Source of the DNA: Ascoidea asiatica JCM 7603
Taxonomy: Eukaryota > Fungi > Ascomycota
Direction: 5' to 3'
Length of the DNA: 64,000 nt
NCBI GenBank assembly: GCA_001600695.1
Contig: BCKQ01000001.1
Location: 2,278,968 to 2,342,967, forward strand
The notes under the pieces were generated by a model, which saw only the letters and a list, made by a program, of their open reading frames with translations, ran no database searches and was not told the origin of the DNA. The translations under genes and the position numbers were made by a program. Below, piece by piece: positions 1 to 10,163 of this stretch (positions are counted from its first letter, which is position 1; every line of letters begins with the position of its first letter).

Positions 1-697
1 TTCTTTTTAATCTTAAATATTGAATTTTACTTGTAATAAATTTTTGTTTAATTCTATTTTTTGATTCATTTGAAGAATCATGAGCAGATAATTTTTTTTC
101 AAAATCAATTGTTGATTGATTTTGTTCTCTTATATCTTGAGTTTTAGTTTTTAAATAATTTTCTAATTTTAATTTAAAAGTTGAAGCAGAATTTAAAACT
201 TTTTGTGGAAATAAATTTGGTTTTCTATTAAATGTCACATACATTGTTTCATTATTAGAATTTGAATTTGAATTTGAATTATTTATATTTTCATTTGTAT
301 TATTATTCGATATCAGATTTTTATCATTGTTAAAAGAATTTATCAGTTTTGAATCCGAGCTTATATTATTATTAATTATATTATTATTACTTATATTATT
401 ATTACTTATATTATTTGTATTACTTATATTATTTGTATTACTTATATTATTTGTATTACTTATATTATTCTGATTTATTTGATTTATCTGAGATATCTGA
501 TTAGTATTTTCATTATTATTACTAATTTTATTCAAATTATTTATATTATTTGGATTATTTGTATTATTTGTATTATTTGTATTTGAGATATTTACATTGT
601 TATTATTTCCATTCATATTATAATCTTCATCATCATCATGATTAACAAAATCAAAATCATCTTCATCAGCTGAATTTAGTAATAAATTAATATCCAT
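1..697 (-). CDS. Partial (runs off window edge) Cbk1-like NDR/LATS kinase; N-terminal Asn-rich region plus divergent N-terminal regulatory (Mob-binding) region
   Basis: Manually translated open frame from ATG at 697: MDINLLLNSADEDD...MYVTFNRKPNLFPQKVLNSASTFKLKLENYLKTKTQDIREQNQSTIDFEKKLSAHDSSNESKNRIKQKFITSKIQYLRLKR. This resembles yeast Cbk1 (YVYFERRPDLL...KLKIENFY...KESQFLRLRR). The kinase domain lies outside the window. Confidence 0.7.
   Translation of the reverse strand, partial: MDINLLLNSADEDDFDFVNHDDDEDYNMNGNNNNVNISNTNNTNNTNNPNNINNLNKISNNNENTNQISQINQINQNNISNTNNISNTNNISNTNNISNNNISNNNIINNNISSDSKLINSFNNDKNLISNNNTNENINNSNSNSNSNNETMYVTFNRKPNLFPQKVLNSASTFKLKLENYLKTKTQDIREQNQSTIDFEKKLSAHDSSNESKNRIKQKFITSKIQYLRLKR
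385..470 (-). repeat. 18-bp coding tandem repeat (NNISNT) within the Cbk1-like ORF
   Basis: ttatattatttgtattac x3 plus shorter degenerate copies. Confidence 0.8.
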
Positions 698-1346
698 GAT
701 TGCAAAAAAATTATTTATAAATAATTATATAAATTAATGAGTCTCAATTCTTGAATTCAATGAAACTATGAAATGATAAAGAAGTAAAGAAAAGAATGAA
801 AGTCAATGTTACCTTCGTAAATTTATATTAAATTTTTCTAAAATTTTTTGAAATATATCTATTGCTTTGAAATGTTCTTTGACGTGTACCTGAAATGTAC
901 CTGAAATGAAAATATGCTTGAAATGAACTATTTTTTTTTGATATTAAGAAAGAAACCTAAATTGAGAAAAGAATATTTGATTAATGATTGTTGTCCTTCT
1001 TTTTTCTCTTATCTCTTTCTTAGAATTGAAATTCTGGTGGAAATAATCTGGAGTATTAATTTGAGTTATTGAAAAGTTTCAATGTCAAATAGATTCTTGT
1101 TCTTGGAATGAATTGAAAATGAATTAACTTGGAGATATGTGATTAAGAGAATATGGATAACAATGGCAACATAAGAAGAATTGAATAACAATTTAAGTTG
1201 ATGATGTTCTTTCTTCTATTCTCGATATCAATCTTGCTTTCTATTGTTGTTTCTGAATGTATGTAATATTTATTGTTCCTGAAGATGGTTGATTAAAATA
1301 CAGCTGTAATTAATATATTATGGTGGCCAGGATGGAGCTGTTTCGT

Positions 1347-1383
1347 CTGGCATTTCACTGGCATTTCACTGGCATTTCACTGA
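1347..1383. repeat. 11-bp tandem repeat (CTGGCATTTCA)x3 in a divergent promoter
   Basis: Three exact copies read directly. Confidence 0.9.
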
Positions 1384-1540
1384 CGCTTGCGAGGTGGAAA
1401 GCAGCGAGCATTTGCCAGAGAGTGAAATTCAGTTGGAAGATACCTTGCTTAACATCTTAACATCAAGCTCAATGTTAGCTAAGCGCCAGAACTTGAATCC
1501 TCCGGCGCTTAAGAGAAATATAATACAAAATGTAATCAAA

Positions 1541-1614
1541 GAAGATATCAAATGAAGTTATCAAATGAAGTTATCAAAGAACTTATCTCAAGGTTATCAA
1601 AAGAAGTTATCAGG
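1541..1614. repeat. Degenerate ~13-bp tandem repeat (GAAGTTATCAAAT) containing five GATAA sites on the minus strand
   Basis: Six degenerate units; TTATC at about 1558, 1571, 1583, 1594 and 1607. Confidence 0.8.
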
Positions 1615-1986
1615 AAATACCAAAGACAGTGAATACTTCAAAGAATTCAAGACTGTTGATCTTCAAATTTCATTCCAACAAGTCTCCAGGAAATATCTGG
1701 TATTGAAACTTACTTCAAATTTCAAAATAAATTCATTTCCATAAAGTTATTTAAGAAAATAATTCCAGAAAATATAAAATTAATTTAAATTCTCCATTAA
1801 TTTTCAATTCCCTTTTAATTATTATTTTTCAAACATATGCTGATTGTCATTTTATGTTAATTTGAAGAATATTTGGTGAAGGAAAATATATGAAAATTAA
1901 ATAATTTTCAAAATTTAAATTAACTTAACAAAAGAGTACATTCTTGTATTCATAAGTTTTGGTGAAGATTGTTTAGAATTCAAAAA

Positions 1987-3216
1987 ATGAATAAAGAAGT
2001 GAGGATCATTGAAAGGAATGATAATTGTTCAAGAATGTTTTTAGATTCAATTTCCATAAGTCAGATACAAGATATTGAAGAAAATAATGAAAATAATGAA
2101 AATAAGGAAAATATAGGCGATAAAGAAAATGAAGACGAAAAAAATGAAGATGAATTTATATTGGTCTCCAAAAAGAAAAAAAAATATATTTCTATTGCAA
2201 GTCAAAATCAAAATCAAAATCAAATTCAAAATCAAAATCAAAATAAATCAAAAAAACAATATTCAAATACTAAAATCAATGACTTATCAATAAATTCAAT
2301 TGAAAATATTGAATTTCTTAAAAAAAAATTAGATATTATCAAATTAATTTTTGAAAAATCTGATTTTTTTAAAGAAATTTTACAAAGTTTTAAAAAATTT
2401 AATATAAATAAAATTTCTTATATCAGATGTTTGGCTTTAGGTTCTTCATTAAAAGATTCAAATATTTTTTTATATCAATTATCTTTATTATTATTAATAA
2501 AAGATTTTTTTAATATTAAAAATGAAAATATTTCATTTTATGATCCAATATTTACTGATTTAGATAATTTTTTTTTAATTAATGAATTTAATTTCAAAAT
2601 TAATAAAATTAATCCATTTTTAAATAATAATAATATTAATAATAATAAAGATAATAATGAAGAAAAAAATTCAATTTTATATTATTTACCACATTGTCCA
2701 ATTGAAGTTATTGAAAATTTAATTCAATTTTCAAAACCAAATTTAATTTTAGGAAATTCTTTAAATGCATATTCTAAAATTATGATATCTCAAAAAATTT
2801 TTTTTGAAAAATTTCCATTATGTTGTAAATTATGTAATTTAATAGAAAAAAATTACTTAAAAAACAATAATAATAATGATAATAAAAGTGAAAATATTCA
2901 AATACGAGAAAAAGAAAAAGAAATTATTAATAATAATAATAATAATAATAATAATGATGATTTAAATGAATTTAAAATGGTTGATTATAAAAATAATTTC
3001 AAGAAGAAAAAAAACAGGAAAAAAAATATAAATAATATTAAAATTAATGAAGAAATTGAACATAAATTAATTTTAAAAAAACAAATTAATGATATCTCAA
3101 AAGAATATTTTAATGATTGTAAAATTTTTAAATATATTAATCAAGATTTAAAAAAATCTCAATTAGAAAATTCTCAATTTTCATTTTCTGATTTTGGTCT
3201 TAATGTAATTATATAA
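1987..3216 (+). CDS. BER1: SRR1-domain protein (Ber1-like)
   Basis: IRCLALGS, YQLSLL, FYDPIFT, LYYLPHC, LILGNSL and FSD motifs of the SRR1 family; first ATG at 1987. Confidence 0.85.
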   Translation: MNKEVRIIERNDNCSRMFLDSISISQIQDIEENNENNENKENIGDKENEDEKNEDEFILVSKKKKKYISIASQNQNQNQIQNQNQNKSKKQYSNTKINDLSINSIENIEFLKKKLDIIKLIFEKSDFFKEILQSFKKFNINKISYIRCLALGSSLKDSNIFLYQLSLLLLIKDFFNIKNENISFYDPIFTDLDNFFLINEFNFKINKINPFLNNNNINNNKDNNEEKNSILYYLPHCPIEVIENLIQFSKPNLILGNSLNAYSKIMISQKIFFEKFPLCCKLCNLIEKNYLKNNNNNDNKSENIQIREKEKEIINNNNNNNNNDDLNEFKMVDYKNNFKKKKNRKKNINNIKINEEIEHKLILKKQINDISKEYFNDCKIFKYINQDLKKSQLENSQFSFSDFGLNVII

Positions 3217-3517
3217 TTTTTCAAAAAAATAGAAAACTTTAGTTTAATGGAATATTGAATAATTTTATTTTTTTTATTTGGTTTTTTGTCTATTGGGTTC
3301 AAAAATTAAACATTACTGAAAAACAAAAAAAAAAGAAAGAGAAATAATAAATACTGTATACTATCAAAAAAAAAATAATCTAGTAAAAATGTAAGGAATC
3401 AATAAAAAAGTTGATTTTTTTTTTTTTTATACAATTTATAAAAGTATAATGAATAATGAAAAATAAAAAAAGGAGAATAAAGAATAAAGAATAAAAAAGA
3501 TAAATTTATATATTATA

Positions 3518-4176
3518 TTATATTGCAGTTAAACTATCAAATAATACACTTATACTTTCACCATAATGATCTCTTCTAATACATTCAGCAAAAATTGCAG
3601 AAACATCAATAACAATTAATTTTTTACATTTTATTCTTTTTTCTAATTGAATTGGATAAGTATTTGTTACAATAATTTGATCAATACATGGACAAGAATT
3701 AAGTTGTTCTAAACAATCTTTTTGAAAAATTCCATGAGTTGCAATTACATAAACTTTTTTTGCATTACAATTTCTTCTAAGATGTTCAGCAGCAGCTATA
3801 AAAGAATTTGGTTTATCAATCATATCATCTAAAATTATTGAAGATCTACCATTAACATCACCAACTAAAGTAATTAATTTTTCAGGTATTATAACTTCAG
3901 GATTATTAAAATCATAATCATCATCATCATCATCAGAATTTAAATTTGCATCAACAGAACCACCTAAAGGATAATTATTATTTGAATTTGATTGAGAAAT
4001 AGAAGTATAATTTGATTCAGAATCTGAAATATCATTTTGAGAAGGATAATCATCATCAACAACATGACCTTGAATAATTCTTGCAGTTTGTAATTCATTT
4101 GTTAAAATAATATTATCAAATTCAGATTGATTATCATCTAATTTTTCTTCAATTACTGTATCATTATTATCATTTA

Positions 4177-4207
<31 letters not shown>

Positions 4208-4939
4208 TAAAGGTTGTTGTTGAGGAGGTATAATTTTTGGTTTATTTTTTTTAATTGAAGATTGTCTTCTTTTTTTTTCTTTTTTCAATTGTAAATCTTT
4301 TTTTAATTGTAATTGTTTTTGTTTTTGTAAAAAAATATCTTGAGATCTTCTTCTATCAGTATGAATCATTGCAAATCTAATTTTTAATCTATCAGCTAAA
4401 GTTGTAACTCTTTTTGTACCACCAGGATTTTTAGAAACAACAACAGAATTTAAATAATCATCAACATTATTTTTAATCCATTTTGTTAAAATTGGAGCAG
4501 CATATAAATTATCAACAGGTTTTGAGAAAAAACCTTGGATTTGACCAGCATGTAAATCCATTGAAATTATATGATCAGCACCAGCCATAATTAAAAGATT
4601 TGCTAACATTCTTGCAGTTATTGCACCTCTATGTTTTTTCATTTTTGATTGTTTTGAATATGGAAATTGAGGTATAACAGCAGTAATTTTACTTGCAGAA
4701 CCAGATTTACAAGCATTAATTAAAATTAATAATTCCATAATATGATCATTAATATGATTTGAAGAAGATTGAATAATATAAACATCATCATCTCTTACTG
4801 AAACACCAATAGAAACAGAAGTTTCACCATTTGAAAATTTTTTTAAATTACATGGAGATGGATTTACACCTAATCTTTGACATATTAATTGACCTAATTC
4901 AGGATGAGAATTACCAAGAAATACTTTAAATTTACGCAT
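3518..4939 (-). CDS. PRS1: Ribose-phosphate pyrophosphokinase with central non-homologous insertion
   Basis: KKFSNGETSV, MDLHAGQIQGFF, VVSKNPGGTKRVT, LITLVGDV, ILDDMID and GESISVLF; the insertion is typical of Prs1. Confidence 0.95.
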
Positions 4940-5902
4940 TTTTAATTTAATTTGATTTAAAAATGTCTTAAATTATTAGAATATTAGGAAATTTAATTAT
5001 ATTTATATTTATATTTATATACAGTATAATTGTATAATAGTATAATAGTATAACTTTATAATAGAATATTATTATTGTATAAGGATAAGATTTGAAACAA
5101 AGAAATAAGATAATATTTGATAGGATGGATATATATATACTTTTAGATAAATAGATAGTTTATATGATTTGATTCAGATGAGATGATTTGATTTGATATA
5201 ATATAATATGATATGATATGAGGATATATGAAATTAAAGATAAGAGAGTTTAGTATATTATATATATATATTTGAAATGAATAAAGTAGAATATAATATA
5301 ATATATTATATTAAGTATTATATAAATATTGAATATCGTATAATAAAAGAATTATATGAATAATAAATGATTAAATTAATAATAATAGTAATAATTAATG
5401 ATATAAAGCAAACCAATTAGAATATGAATAAATTATACACAGTACAGTATTACAAGAATGAAATAAAAATTTATTCGACTTTTTTTAAATAATTTGATGT
5501 TTTTTTTTTATTATAATAATTAATTAATCATTAACGTTAATAGAAAATGAAAATTTTTTTTAAAATTGGAGGAGTGTTTAAAGAAGAAATATGAAATTAA
5601 AGTATGAAATTAACATTTGAAATAGGTGAAGATGCGTGAAAGTGCCTTTTTAACCCAGGGCTTTTGAGAATTGAAAGAGAATTGACTCGGATCTGAAGAA
5701 GAAGAAGAGAAGAAACAGTCGGCAGTGGTGATCGTGAATCAGAGAAGAAGCAGAAGAAGCAGAAGCAGAAGAAGCAAAGGATGGTGATGGTGAAGGTGAA
5801 GGTGAAGAAGAGGAGGCAAAGACTTCAGTCGAGGGGAGAGAGGAGAGAAGTACCGCAGTAGTGGTAGTAGAGGTAGTAGAGACACACAGAGAGAAGAGAA
5901 TA

Positions 5903-5983
5903 TCACATGACTTGAGCACGCGTCATGGCCAGTTCAAACTGTTTTATTTCTTTTATTTCTTTTATTGCGGAGACTGACGCGAT
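5903..5983. promoter_or_regulatory. MCB-like (ACGCGT 5918-5923, ACGCGA) and E-box-like (TCACATGA) elements in a divergent promoter
   Basis: Motif matches within a GC-richer island between PRS1 and the 6351 ORF. Confidence 0.4.
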
Positions 5984-6350
5984 TTGATAGAAATATTCAA
6001 ATTTTCATAATAAAAATGAAACCACTTTTAAGGGTCTGTTTACTTTATTCCTAATTGAGACTTTTGTCATTAATAATTCCAGTTTTTGTGAGTTAAACAG
6101 TAATAAATTATTCAATTCGAGATATTCAATTCAATTCAATTCAATTCATCAAAGGATATTAAAGGATATTAAATATTGAAATTATTCTCCATTCTTCTCC
6201 AATTTTTATTTACATATTGTATATTATATTATATATTAAGTAGATACTTAATTCAATTCATTTTCCTTAAACTTTTACAATCTTCATATAATAAAATAAA
6301 TCATTATAAAATATATCATTATAAAATAAAATAATAGATAACTAATCAAA

Positions 6351-7142
6351 ATGTCATTATCAATTAATAGAAAAAGAAGTTGTTTAGATTTGGATTTGGA
6401 TTTAGATATAGAATTTAATTCTAATTCTAATTCTAATTCAAATACAATTAATAATAGAAATATATTAAGAAAAAAGAAAAGTAAATGTAATAATTTTAGA
6501 ATTAAACCAAATTTAATTAAAATTCAAGAAGATAATGAAATTAATAATAAAATTAATAATAAAATTGATAATAAAAATGAATTTAAATCTTTAAATGATA
6601 TAAATTTTGATAATTTAGATAATTTTGATATTTTATTTAATAATATTTATAAAAAAAATCAATCAATTAATTCATTATTTAATAATAATAAATCAAATAA
6701 TTTTAATATAATTTTAATATTCTTTGGACCAATTTATTTTGATTATTTAAAAAATTTAAATAATTTAATAAATAAATCAAATAATTTAAATGATATAAAT
6801 GATATAAAAATTATTGGTATAACTTCAAATTTAAATAATTTAAATAATCAAAATGATTTAATTAATTTAAATTTAAATTATCCAATTATTAATGATATTA
6901 ATGGTAAAATTTCAAAATTTTTTAAAAATTTAGATCCTTTAGGTGGTGCAATTTATCCTTTAAATAAATTATTAATTTTTAATAAATTTGGTTATAAAAA
7001 AATTGATACTCTAATAAATAATAATAATTATAATAATTATAATAAATTTAATTTATCTTCTCAATTAAATCATCAAAATTTATTACCAACTATTATTGAT
7101 TGTTTATCTTATATTAATTATGAAAATAATTACATCAATTAA
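6351..7142 (+). CDS. Peroxiredoxin/AhpC-TSA-like thioredoxin-fold protein lacking the peroxidatic Cys, with basic N-terminus
   Basis: IILIFFGP, IKIIGITS, LNYPIINDINGKISKFF and DPLGGAIYPLNKLLIFNKFG are collinear with the Prx core; there is no PxxxTxxC motif. Confidence 0.6.
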   Translation: MSLSINRKRSCLDLDLDLDIEFNSNSNSNSNTINNRNILRKKKSKCNNFRIKPNLIKIQEDNEINNKINNKIDNKNEFKSLNDINFDNLDNFDILFNNIYKKNQSINSLFNNNKSNNFNIILIFFGPIYFDYLKNLNNLINKSNNLNDINDIKIIGITSNLNNLNNQNDLINLNLNYPIINDINGKISKFFKNLDPLGGAIYPLNKLLIFNKFGYKKIDTLINNNNYNNYNKFNLSSQLNHQNLLPTIIDCLSYINYENNYIN

Positions 7143-8211
7143 CTTCTAACTTCTTAACTTCCAACTTCTTTTTATATTCTATTCATCATTTCATTTCATT
7201 TCATTTCATTTCATATCATTTCATATCATATCTTCTCTCATGTTTATTATATAATAAAATAATAAAATAATAAAATAATATAAACTAACTGTAGTAACTG
7301 TAGTATTTAAAATAAAACCATAATTACGGTACTCTTACAACTTAGATTCTCACCCGAGTCACCTGACATTTCTTTTTCTTTTTGTGTTTGCATTTCTTCA
7401 TCAACATCATCTTCATCAACATTGTTCATTCTCATTCTCATTCTTCAATGTCATTCTTCAATGTCATTCTTCACGTTAAGTTAAATTCAAGGCAAATATA
7501 CATCGAATCCCAACTGAGGCTTGTATCAGTTTTCTTGCAGTGTCTCAATACGGCAATTTCCACGGCCGCATCGGGCCACGCTCCTCTACACACTCTCTGC
7601 CCACTCTCGAGTTCTAGAGTCTCTGGACCCGGTGTGAGCACAGCAACAGCGGCCTCGCTCTGCTGTATCTCGTTGCTACACGCCTTCAATCACCTCACCT
7701 GTATTAACATATCCCACTATTTACTTCATAATCACAAGACTAAAACAACCACTAAAACAACTGAATACTGTTTAATCCCTTCCATTTAGACGGGGATGGC
7801 TGGCCTTTTGAACAGACTTAATTTTAATCCTAATTTGGTTTAAAGTTTTCGAGTTTTCTTCAATTCTCAGCCGCTGCAATCTTTTCGCCTTCACCAATAT
7901 CTTTTCTATCTTTTCTATCTTTTCTGCTTGTCTTTTTATCTCACCTCAACTCCTTTTCTCATTATATAAAAATCTAAGAAAAGTCCCTTCTTTTTCATTA
8001 TTTTTTTTCTCTCTTTTCTTTCCTCAACTCATCAGTTCTTGTCATTCGCTTAATCTACTGTTATAAATCTCTTAATTTTTCAAATTATCAAATTATCATC
8101 TTAAATTTAAATTTAAATCTATATTAATATATCATTTAAATTTTACTTTCACATTTTACATTTTACTTTTATTATTAAATTAATCTCAATTAAATCTATT
8201 ATTATTTAAAA

Positions 8212-8379
8212 ATGCAATTCAAACAAGTTATCATTGCTTCTTTAGCTATTTTTGCTTCTGCTCAAGCTGCTAATAATACCACTAATGGTACTACTACTGC
8301 TACTGATTCTGGTGCAAATACTTTACAAGCTGGTTTAATTGGTGCTGCTGTTGCTGCTGGTGTTGCTTTATTAATCTAA
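8212..8379 (+). CDS. 55-aa secreted/cell-surface stress peptide, HOR7/DDR2-like (absent from ORF track)
   Basis: MQFKQVIIASLAIFASAQAANNTTNGTTTATDSGANTLQAGLIGAAVAAGVALLI*: signal peptide, N-glycosylation sequons, hydrophobic C-terminus, strongly biased GCT/GGT/ACT codons, AAAATG context and TATATAAA at 7963. Confidence 0.85.
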   Translation: MQFKQVIIASLAIFASAQAANNTTNGTTTATDSGANTLQAGLIGAAVAAGVALLI

Positions 8380-8905
8380 GAAACTTATTAATTTAATATT
8401 ATCATTTAATATTCTTTTATATGTTTTTTTTTTTATTTTAATTTAATAATTTAATAATTTAAGTAATAAATTTAAAAATTTATAACCCCTTTTAATAAAA
8501 TCTTTTTTTTTTTTTTTGTGTTCCATTATTGTTTTTTTCTTTTTCTTTTTCATCGTAGTTTTCTAATCATAAAATATATTTATTACTTTATTTCATTTAT
8601 TTCTAATTGAAATCACAAATATCTTATCTTTTATCTTATCAAACTTGTTACTCAAATTCATTATCCTTTAATTATTCATAACGTTAAAAGAAATTTAATT
8701 GAAAAATTCTTACTTTTTCATTTTTTTTTCTTTTTTTATTAGAGATTACGTAATATATCCGTCAGCGCTTATATTTATCATTATTTAAATTTAATACTAT
8801 ATTAATATATTAATGATATACAGTATATTATTATCAAAATATAATATAAAATAATATAAAATAATATAAAATAATAATTGTTAACTTATAACTTATAACT
8901 TATAA

Positions 8906-9721
8906 ATGGCTCCACCTAAGAAAATTAAAAATATTACAATTTCAAGACCAATTGTTTATGGTAATACTGCTATACCTTTTGAACCTGGTAAAAAACCAAT
9001 AAATACTCCTGAAAATCATACTCATCAATGGACTATTTTTTTATCTGATCCAACTAAAGCAAATAATGAATTAAATAATAATTTAACTTTTAATCCTTTA
9101 AATTCAATTATTAAAAAAGTTCAATTTAAATTACATGAAACTTATCCAAATTCAACAAGAACAATTGAAAATCCTCCATATGAAATAACTGAATCTGGTT
9201 GGGGTGAATTTGAAATTATAATTAAAATTTTTTTTATTCAAGAATCAAATGAAAAATATTTATCATTTTATCATCATTTAAAATTACATCCAATAAATAA
9301 TAATAATAATAATATCAATAATATCAATAATATCAATAATATCAATAACAATAATAATAATTTAGTTGAAAATTCAAATTTATTAAATGCAAATAATAAA
9401 TTATTAAATGTTAACTCTCAATTACAAAAAATTAATTCAAATTTAAATTCAAAAGAAGTTATTTCAATAAATTATGATGAAATTATATTCACTGAACCAA
9501 ATGAAATTTTTTTTAAAATTTTAATTAATAAACCTGGTTCATATTTATTTAATAAAAAAAATAATTATAAATATTTATTTTCAAAAGAATTAGAAAATGA
9601 TGAAATTATTAGAATTGATTTAGCTTTAAAAAATGTTCAAGATGAAATTTTAAAATTTAAAGATAAAATTCATTTATTAGAAAAAGAAAAAATTAATTAT
9701 ATCAATCAATCAAAGTCATAA
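8906..9721 (+). CDS. YAF9: YEATS-domain subunit of NuA4/SWR1
   Basis: RPIVYGNTA, HTHQWTIF, KKVQFKLHETY and ESGWGEFEI motifs. Confidence 0.95.
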   Translation: MAPPKKIKNITISRPIVYGNTAIPFEPGKKPINTPENHTHQWTIFLSDPTKANNELNNNLTFNPLNSIIKKVQFKLHETYPNSTRTIENPPYEITESGWGEFEIIIKIFFIQESNEKYLSFYHHLKLHPINNNNNNINNINNINNINNNNNNLVENSNLLNANNKLLNVNSQLQKINSNLNSKEVISINYDEIIFTEPNEIFFKILINKPGSYLFNKKNNYKYLFSKELENDEIIRIDLALKNVQDEILKFKDKIHLLEKEKINYINQSKS

Positions 9722-9768
9722 GTAATAACTTGATATATTAATATATTAGTAAATACTGGTACTCAGAT

Positions 9769-9775
9769 TTACCCG
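9769..9775 (+). promoter_or_regulatory. Reb1-type site TTACCCG between the YAF9 stop and MET18
   Basis: Exact consensus match in a short GC-rich patch. Confidence 0.5.
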
Positions 9776-10163
9776 CGTGCCTATTTCTTGCTCAATCTAA
9801 GTCTCCCGTGCGGTGTAATTGTCAGACCTCCAAAGTTTTTACCGATTTAAGAATAAAAATAAAAATATTGCCTTCGAAGAAAGTAATGATAAATATCATT
9901 ATAAATTAAATCAACTATTGTATATCTATTGAAGAATAATCATCATAAGTATCATAAGTAATTGTAATATACTGTATCTCTATATAAGTTATTAGAATAA
10001 GGAATATATCATTTCATTTCATTTCTATATCTCTTATAAATATATCGAATATTCAATCATACTCAAATATAGACTGTAATTATAGTGTAAATATAAAAAA
10101 GTATATAATCAAAAAAGAAAAAATTTAATAGAACTTATTTTGTAATTCCATTAACAATTCATA

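Noticed and set aside
1347-1614. Short direct repeats considered as CRISPR-like or as transposon ends
   Set aside because: Head-to-tail tandem units with no spacers, TIRs or target duplications, in a eukaryotic context
5650-5919. 89-aa Ser-rich ORF
   Set aside because: Arises from purine-rich microsatellite-like promoter sequence and has a non-ATG start
7382-7789. 135-aa and 72-aa ORFs upstream of the HOR7-like gene
   Set aside because: They lie in a promoter GC island, with non-ATG starts and no motifs
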